This document shows positions 55,813-64,000 of a DNA stretch of 64,000 bases, piece after piece. The translations under genes and the position numbers were made by a program. Within the stretch, counting starts at the first letter, position 1. Each line of letters begins with the position of its first letter. This DNA comes from Eledone cirrhosa. Lineage: Eukaryota. The notes under the pieces are model-generated. The model was not told where the DNA came from. It saw only the letters and a list, made by a program, of their open reading frames with translations, and did not search any database. The stretch is from contig OZ024743.1 in assembly GCA_964016885.1 (NCBI GenBank), forward strand, positions 291,648,001 through 291,712,000, in the 5' to 3' direction.

Positions 55813-58800
55813 CTAGCATTAAAGCCCGGCGTTGCTCGGGGTCAGTAAGTTACCAAAGTTAGGTTGCCCCATCCATTTTATGGCAGCACTTTTTTGTCTG
55901 CCAGGCACTGGTTGAATGAATTTCAGACCTGGACTGCCGAAGCAGGAGCTGCGCCAGCAGTGACAATTGTAGTTTCGCCTATGGATATATATCTCTGTGC
56001 AAAGAAGTGTTGAAATGTATTGTTTAACAGTCATTGCGCAACACGCGCGTAGACGATGCCAGTCGAACAACGGAGCTGCGATGGAGTTGATCTGCATGAC
56101 ATGTTTTAACGGGGGAGGGGGGCGGAATGAGGGAACCGCAAACAGTGGCTTGAAATCATTGTCGAATTATGACAACCAAAAACGAGGAAGTCGTATCATT
56201 GTATGTTTGGTGCATCATGTACGTCGGATGTAGAAGATGAGCCTGCTGCTGTGCCGATGGAGGGAGGGAAATGGAGCTGATCGGAGGCCAGGTGTTGGTG
56301 AAGTCTGAAGTAATTGCAGGGAACCGCCTGAAAATGTAAATCCCGTCATTAAAGCATTGTTCACCCTTTGAGAGTCGTACGGAGGTGAAATACTAACCTG
56401 TCCACGGTCCTTCGAGGCCCACCAGACGGGGGTTGGTGAATAGCAACAGCTGATATTTGAGTAGGGTCGGAGTTGCAATGAAGCTTTGTAACGCCGCGAG
56501 AATCAGCCTTGTACGGCCGATGGTGGGGAGTTTCCAGTGCACTGCAGTGAAGGTTAACCTACTTAGAAAGTACTCACGCAAGGCAAAAAATAAAAAAAAT
56601 AAAGTTATAAAATTAGAAATCCAGGTAATCCTATAAAACCTCCTTGTACACAATGTTTTTTTGTTTTTCCTTGCGGAACGAACGCGAAATCATCACTCTT
56701 GCTGCCGGCACGCGAGTAGCCAACGTAAAGCTGACCCTGAGAGAAACACGGCTCCCCCAAATGTATTCCCGCGATAGACAGTGTTTGCCCCTGCGCTGTG
56801 TTGATTGACATTGCGAAGCATGGCCTGACCGGGAACTGGTACCTCCGAAATGTGAAAGGTAGGTCTGCTCCTGATGGGAAAAGATGCATCCTCGGTATGA
56901 GCACAACCTTGCCCCGACCGCACACTGTGGCCTCAATCAGAATGGGAGCTAAGGACTTAACGGTCAAACGTGTGCCATTGCATTGTTTCGGTGGAACCAA
57001 ATTTCGAATGAGCATTATAGGGGCACCAACTTTAAGTTTCAAAATGTGTGGGGGTAATCCGGGGGGCTCAAATGAATTTAGTACCTCTATTGGATAGTTG
57101 ATGACGTCCTCGGGGTCAGGAGTTCTTTCGATAGACTTATATACGTAGCCATCTTCAGGAATGAGTTTTAGCATTTGATCATTAATATGGGTAACAGTTT
57201 TATTCCTCGGGGCCAGAATAGCCCTTTGGGCAAGCCAATCCATATTCTGATAATTTGCTTGGAGATCTGGGAACACTGCATCCCTGAGATCAGAAGGCGT
57301 ACTAACAACGGTACAAAGTGAGTCGATGGCAATATTACCCTTTTCATCCCCGGGCGTTTTACCTTCGCCAAGTGCAAGGAGGGGGTGTGAAAATGCTGCT
57401 GATGCGATATCACCTCGCATATGAGCACGCATATTATGGTGATGTTTCAGATTCTTCACCAGGGGCCACAATGCGGATGACTTAAGACACGCAGGTACTG
57501 CACCAGCTCTAGTCCCCTTGGGAATAACGGGAAGTGTTTGCCTGAAGTCCACTGAAAGAAGAAGTGTTATGCCTCCCATGGAAGCCGTAGAGCCTTTGAT
57601 GTCTCTCAGAGTTCTATCTAGCGCCTCAAGACCACTTCTGTGGGCCATGGTGCATTCGTCCCAAACGATAAGCTTGCATCGTCTGAAGACTTCTGCCTGA
57701 TCGGAGCTCTTACTGATGTTGCAAGTGGGTGTCTCAATCTTCGCTAAGTCAAGCGGGAGCTTGAAATAGGAGTGAGCTGTCCTGCCGCCCGGCAACAAAG
57801 TAGCCGCAATTCGAGATGATGCCACAGCTAAGGCAATGCCTTCTGTTCGCCTAATCTCAGCTAATATTAATTTGGTGACAAAAGTTTTCCCAGTCCCCCC
57901 AGGAGCTTCCAGGAAAAAAATCCCCCAAGCTTTGCCCCGGACAGAATTAACAACGAAGTTGTAAGCGAATTTCTGTTCTGGAAGGAGCTTTGGCTCATTC
58001 TCCGCTATGTACTGGGCAAGCTCGTCAACATTATAAAATATCTCACGCAGCAAATCCGAAGACAGATTCTTTGCGCCTTCCCGTTTTGTTGAAGGTAGGC
58101 CATACACCGCCAACGCACTACTGCCCATATTGAGAACAGTATCTTCGATTTCAAGCAGCTCCCTGTTGTAAATGAAGGTCACTGTACCTGACCCCCATTG
58201 ATGTGTTTAACATCTGAGCGTGACGCAGGAAATCTTCAGACATGTAATCTTTGTAGCTAAGCCATAAAAAGGCCGCATCACCCAAATCGTACCATAGGAG
58301 TAGAATAGCGAAAAGCGACCTTAGTCTTTTAGGAGATTTCAACAAAACGCCCTCTGCCATAGTGGCGCCCCATTGTGAATCATCCTCCACAAGGCCACGC
58401 CTAAAGCAGGCTTCCCGGAAAGTATCACATAATTCACCGTCAATAGTTCTTATGTCTCGAAAGCTTTGCGGGCCAAAAACCTCATAGAGGAGAAAGCGCA
58501 GGTGAAAACACTCATGCTGGTTGGGAGGTACATTGTACACTCTTCCTAGACAACTATCAAACTTGACACAAGGTTGTCCTTCAACATCCTGACATGAATT
58601 TTTACGCATCCAAGTGTTGTTTGACCACACGTAGTAGGACGGCACCTGACGATATGAAAGTGTTTTTGCAAATGTATCAAGTTGGCAAAGCGAAAAAAAA
58701 CAGTCAAAGTTGTTTCTTTGGGATTGGACGCCAAATGAGCAGCACTCTGTTTAGTAAAGTATGGCCGCTGGCCGTTTTCCAAATGAACGGCTAGTTGTAT

Positions 58801-61800
58801 GATGGCGGGGTTCCTTTGGTGAAGTGGAAACCCGAATATCCGCCAAAAGGCTTCACCACTGCTGATATATCGACCTGCCAAGTACTCCGAGACCTCGTCT
58901 CTGCAATTATCGCTTTGAAGACCGAACATGGCAGCGTCGGAACCCTTGTTAACATATTTACATATGTACTTTATCGACTTCACGGGGTCCGGTATTTCCG
59001 CTGCGATAACGTCATCTATAACTGTAGGGTTTATTTTGGTGACCAACCAAACCAAAATGTGCGCGTGTGGCAACCCTCTCTTCTGCCACTCAACAGTATA
59101 CATGTGGCATCTAAAAGGCCCGAAAACCTTCCCTTTTTTGATTAGATCAATTAGCATAGCCAGCTTCTGCCTGAAAACCCTGGCAATAATATCATGCCGA
59201 TGGCAGTACTGCTGCCCTGGGATAAGTTCCCGCGTAACCTCAACCCACTTGGAGTTACACGTAAACGTGATGAATAAACCGGGGCGCCCATAATGCCGAA
59301 CGAACGTCATGGCGTCCTGTGTTCGCTCGTGCATGTACCACCCCCTTTCCGTTTAGGTTGAGGGGAGAATACACATTTTGCCGATGTTCCGGGGGTCAGT
59401 GTCATTCCTGATGCCGTCACACAAATGGATGTAGGAGTCTGAGCGCAGCTGCTTCTGATTCAATTTTATGAAGCACACTTCTCCAACTCCATCTTTGCAG
59501 CCATGTCAACTGCAAACTGGTGAAAAGGTTCCCCTAACCTGTGCAGGATGCTGAAATCGTTAGGCCTCGTCATGAAGCGGTATGAGTATAAAGCCATTCA
59601 TTAAACAGTTTTAGATGTCGCAGCAGTGGGCTCGTTTGGATTGCGCTGAGGAATGCCGAAATGGTACCCGTCTTTTCCGTATGCAAAAAGAAGGGGATAC
59701 TGCAGGGCGTCGTATGAACGATGCGTCTCATTAATACGTCGAAGACAACTGTCACGACTTTGAAGAACTATGTCTCGCTTATTGTGCTGTTCACCATGGA
59801 TAGCTACGGCCACTTCATTGCACGAAGGAGCGTTATAACGTACGAGCTCCCCAGAAGGTCTTTGTCTGCATCAATGACAATGGTGAAGTTTGGTGAAGGG
59901 TTTGTTTCTAATGCGTATTTGAAACTGCGAATATAACTGTTGTGCTCATGAAGCATGTCTTGAAGACCCAGCAGCACGTCCCTTTCAGAAGTGTCAGCGC
60001 CAGTGTTTGCAGGTGTTGGAATAACGCCGAACCGCGAATCCACTTGCCTACTGCAGTTAGAAATGAAGTAAATTTGAAGGAACGAAGGCTTGCAATTTTG
60101 TAGTGGTTGGAGCGACCCAATAAGATGGTACACCTGCCCCTGGACCTTGAAAGTAGGCATCCAACCACTTTCTCTGACAACGTTAGCCCCGAAAGAAGTC
60201 ATTTGAAACGCACGATTGTTCTTCCTGATGAGTTGAAGGAATTTGGATGACCTTGAGGTAGAACAAGTAAGTAGTTACTTCAAAGGCTCTGGCGGTTCCC
60301 CAAGAGGGGGCAAGCTGACCTTACCTTTTAAGCAGCACATTACAGGTGGCTCCCCAGCCCACTTTCTAGCATTGCAGAATTTTCAATTGAAGCGCATTTG
60401 CCCTATGTTTATGTCGGCACGCATCGAATAGTTAACGTTGGGCTCATACTTGAAAGCCCGTAGGTGCCAGTATGGGCTGTTGCGGATCGTCACACCGCGG
60501 GCAGCTTCTTGTAGTCGACTGCTCCGCTCCAACGTAGAATGTTGCTCCTGTCGGTCGTGGGAAGCTCTCGCAGCAGTAGCAGAAGCCACGTATGCAATCC
60601 TAATGGAGCGCCCGTCTGCATCTTCAGAAGCCATGGAAGCAGTCATAGCCACAGCATTCCTAGCAAGGCGATTCGTCCGCCGTTCCAAACCTTCCGAAGC
60701 CCTGGAAGCAGCAGTAGCCGCAGCGTTTCTAGTCAGATGAGCCGCCCTTTGTTCCTGGCCCTCTGAAGCCCTGGAAGCAGCAGTAGTAGCAGCGTTTCTA
60801 GCCAGGCGAGTCGACCTTTGTTTCGGGCCCTCTGAAGCGCTGAAAGCAGTAGTAGAAGAGTTTTTTGGGGGAAATGACGTATCGCCCGCTCTGACTCGCA
60901 CATCGCAGCACGCCTTGAGGCGTCGTATGAAGCCATCTTGGCTAGGCGTGCGGTGCATTGTTGAAACCTTTCAGCAGCTTCGCATTCCGCTGAACGTAAG
61001 GCGCTCCGTGAAAGTCTTAAAGCAGTTTCCTCGGGAGACTCGTTTGCTGTAATCGCCCTCTGCGCCGCCGCTGACGCTGTATGGCGACCGAGGCGTCTTC
61101 TATTTTTAGGTGGCATTTTATGTGAAAAAGAAAGGGTGAAAGTTACTTCTACAGCAACATTGCCTTTGAAATAATAAGGCTGAAAACTGTCGGCGTACCG
61201 CAGGGGAAAAAATGGGAGAACGAACGGCAAATAAATAATTCACAGTTTGTTGAAAGCGCGCTTCTGTCAGAAATTTGCAGTTGTTTGGTCAAAGATCCCT
61301 ATGTGGGGTTTTTTTCACTCAATAAACGTGTACATATGTTACAAACAAAATGTAATTGTGCGTGAGTTGGATGATAGATGTTTTAAAAAAAGATTTTAAG
61401 CGTATATAGGAGAAGGTTGCAGCATGTATTTTTTTCCGATTTTTAAGGGGAGTAGAGAGAGGTGATAAGATTGTATTATAGGGGTAAAGCGTCATGTATT
61501 TAGTTTTATCGATTATTTCAGTAATTGTGCGTTATTTTGAAATAAAGAAATAGTCGTTGACCTAAGTTAGACCATTTTCAACATTCTTACAGAGGCAAAT
61601 AAATAACTCAGTTTGTTGAAAGCGCGTTTCTGTCAGCAATGTGAAGTTGTTGGGCCAAAAATCCCTATGTGTTTTTTTTTTCACTCAATAAACGTGTAAA
61701 TATGTTATACACAAAATGTAATTGTGGTGAGTTGGATTATAGATGTTTTAAAAAAAGATTTGTCGCTATTTTTCTAGTTGTTGAATAAATATATCTGTTG

Positions 61801-62385
61801 CTTATAAAATGTAAGCATCATGTATTTAACGTTTGTCTCTGTCTCTCACTTAAGCGTATATAAGAGAAGGTTGCAGCATGTATTGTTTTTTTCGATTTTT
61901 ATGGGGAGTAGAGAGAGAAAATCAGATTGTATTAGAGGGTTAAAGCGCCATGTATTTAACGTTTGTCTCTGTCTCTCACTCTCTGGGTCACTGCTTTATT
62001 TTTCTCACTCTCTCTCTCTAAAGGAAATTAGTAAGGAGTGGGTAGGTTGTAGCATGTATTTTTCTTTTCGATTTTCAAGGGGAGTAGAGAGAGGATTTCA
62101 GATTGTATTAGAGGGGTAAAGCGTCATATATTTAGTTTTATCGATTATTTCCTTAATTGTGGGTGAGTTTGAAATAAATAAATAGTCGTTAAACCTCAGT
62201 TGGGCCTTTTACAACATTCTTACAGACGTTGAGTCAAATCGGTTTAGAACTGTGTAAATGTATAAACATGGAACATGCTCACACACACACAACAACAACA
62301 ACAACAATCTGCCTTTTATAGATAATTGTTTCTATTTTAGGCACAAGGCCAGCAATTACCCAGTACATTACTGGTACTATAATGA
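55813..62385 (-). mobile_element. Helitron with decayed RepHel gene
   Basis: 3' hairpin + CTAG at 55813; 5' TC at 62385; subterminal duplications at 61230-62200. Confidence 0.93.
56605..61117 (-). pseudogene. Helitron Rep/helicase (HUH Rep + Pif1-like SF1 helicase), frameshifted
   Basis: Rep motifs FITFTCN, VEWQKRGLPHAHIL, YICKY. Helicase motifs GGTGKT, WDECTM, DFRQTLPV, CNGTRL, QGQT. Deletion between Rep motifs 2 and 3. Confidence 0.93.
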
Positions 62386-62985
62386 TATATATATATGTGT
62401 GTATGTGTGCGCGCATGCGCGCGCGTGTACGTGTGTGTGTAAAACGAAAACGGAAATAACAAACAGTCCAATAAAGAAATATATTATTAGTCTTGCGTTT
62501 GATGTAATAGGAAAATACTTTTAACGTTGCGGACGCTATTTCTTCATTAAGAAATAGAATGAGAACTTAAAGAAGAAATAGGAAGATTGAGAAGGGTAAC
62601 AAGTGGCAGATACTAAAAAAAAAAATGTTTGGAGACAAAAAGATTTGTGTATGTGCGTTTGTTATTTTTCCGTACTAAGTTAAGAAGATATATATGTGAG
62701 TATAAGGTTAAGTATATGTGTATGCGTGTGTATTTTTGTTATTGTAATTACGAAGCTGTGGATATATGTATGCATGTATATATAAGTTTATGGGCTTGTG
62801 TGTATGTGTGCTAGATGTTGGTCCGTACAGAGCTATGAGGGATTTTGTGTTGGTCTGTACGAGCAGTAAGAGTGTGTTTCGGAGCAGCCATGGGAGGGAA
62901 CTTTGGGTATGAATATGCGCACGTATGTGTGACAGCGGATAGTGGCTAGGGTTATAGAAATAAACTCAGCGCTATGAGTGCAAGA

Positions 62986-64000
62986 TCAAAGAAATTGGGA
63001 AGGGGAGTTGGGTCCATTAGTGGACCTGGAAGGAAATCGGTAAATCAGACTGCTCTGTCCTGGTTGCGTGAAGCCAGCTATCCATGATGTACAAGTAGTA
63101 ATACTGTAGACAGAAGTGGCCCGAGGAACGGAAATGACGAGCGATGTAGATATCGATACCGAGTCGGATGTTTTCAAGTGCTCAGCTAAAGGTCCCCAGG
63201 GTGGAGGCCTGTTTGTTCGATATAAATGGACCCGTAAAGCATGTGGAGTGGGAAAACCGAAAAAGATTTTTTTAGAGAAAAAGAAGTTTCTTCAAGTCGC
63301 CATCTCTTAGGAAACTGTTGAATCTGACGTTGTTGTATTAGGGAATAAGCTGGTCTTGTTTTAAAAGCAGGTATCAAATGCACCTAGCTGAAAAGAAAAA
63401 ATATCGTTCTGTATAAAGAGCGTGTACTTATGGCTGGACGTACGTTCAAGTGAAGGGGTGGCAGGTACGGAAGGATGCGGTAGTGCCTATGGAAGTGGCG
63501 AGATTAGGAAAGAAGAGACAGGTGTCACGGCGGGGATAGTTACAGAGACGTTAGCCGAGTGGAGTCTTAGAAGATGAAAATATAGAACTGCGTACCAAGT
63601 GTTTGCTGATATTAAGGTCATGCTTAAAGGCGGTGAAGGGTGGGCTTAGAAAGAAGTGATAATTAGGGTGGTGGGGTTGAAGATGAAGGGCAAAGGAAGG
63701 CGTGTTTTGTGGAGAGGTGTTGGTGTGAGAGGGCTGTGTTACGGTTGGTTTCATGAGCGCGGGTGAGGGCAGTTTGGATGAGGGTAGGGCGATATCCACG
63801 CTCGAAGAAGCGGGTGGACATGTGTACAGATCCAACGAAGACGGATTAATTCGGAGTAGGGTATGGAGCGTTAGGTGTGGGTGGCATGGGAGGTTGTGAA
63901 GTCGAGATGGGAGTGGGTTTATATAAGATTGAGGTAGAGATTGTGTGGTGATTGTGGTCGATGGAGGGAGATGTCGAGAATTTGGACTGGTGAATTGAAG
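62986..64000 (-). pseudogene. Decayed Penelope-like RT thumb + GIY-YIG fragment (runs off the window)
   Basis: Minus-strand translation: ILDISL..STSILYKPT..SH..RSIPYSELIRLRWIC..FFERGY; later AEHL..IARHF..GH..EQSLIYR. Confidence 0.7.

Overview
Eukaryotic, AT-rich, microsatellite-dense and repeat-dominated DNA. The SINE sequences and (TA)n/(CA)n/(TTA)n load suggest a coleoid cephalopod such as an octopus (inference, not verified). No intact host gene is evident. The window holds: several Helitrons (one near-complete but frameshifted RepHel element, a Rep-deleted derivative and non-autonomous copies); a near full-length Penelope-like element (PLE) with pseudo-LTRs plus four PLE fragments; a near full-length R4/Dong-type REL non-LTR element with 5'-truncated copies in (TTA)n; a decayed Tx1/L1 element; two tRNA-derived SINE families; and intronless pseudogene fragments of NCAPD2 and NSRP1. 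The most striking signal is non-coding. More than a dozen type I hammerhead ribozyme (HHR) motifs from about 8-10 sequence families are present. Many lie in short ORF-less fold-back elements inserted in (TA)n tracts, and several have a U3:A8 covaried core and/or long stem II insertions. One HHR-bearing pseudo-LTR is fused to the NSRP1 copy. All ribozyme folds were read by eye; no computation was run.
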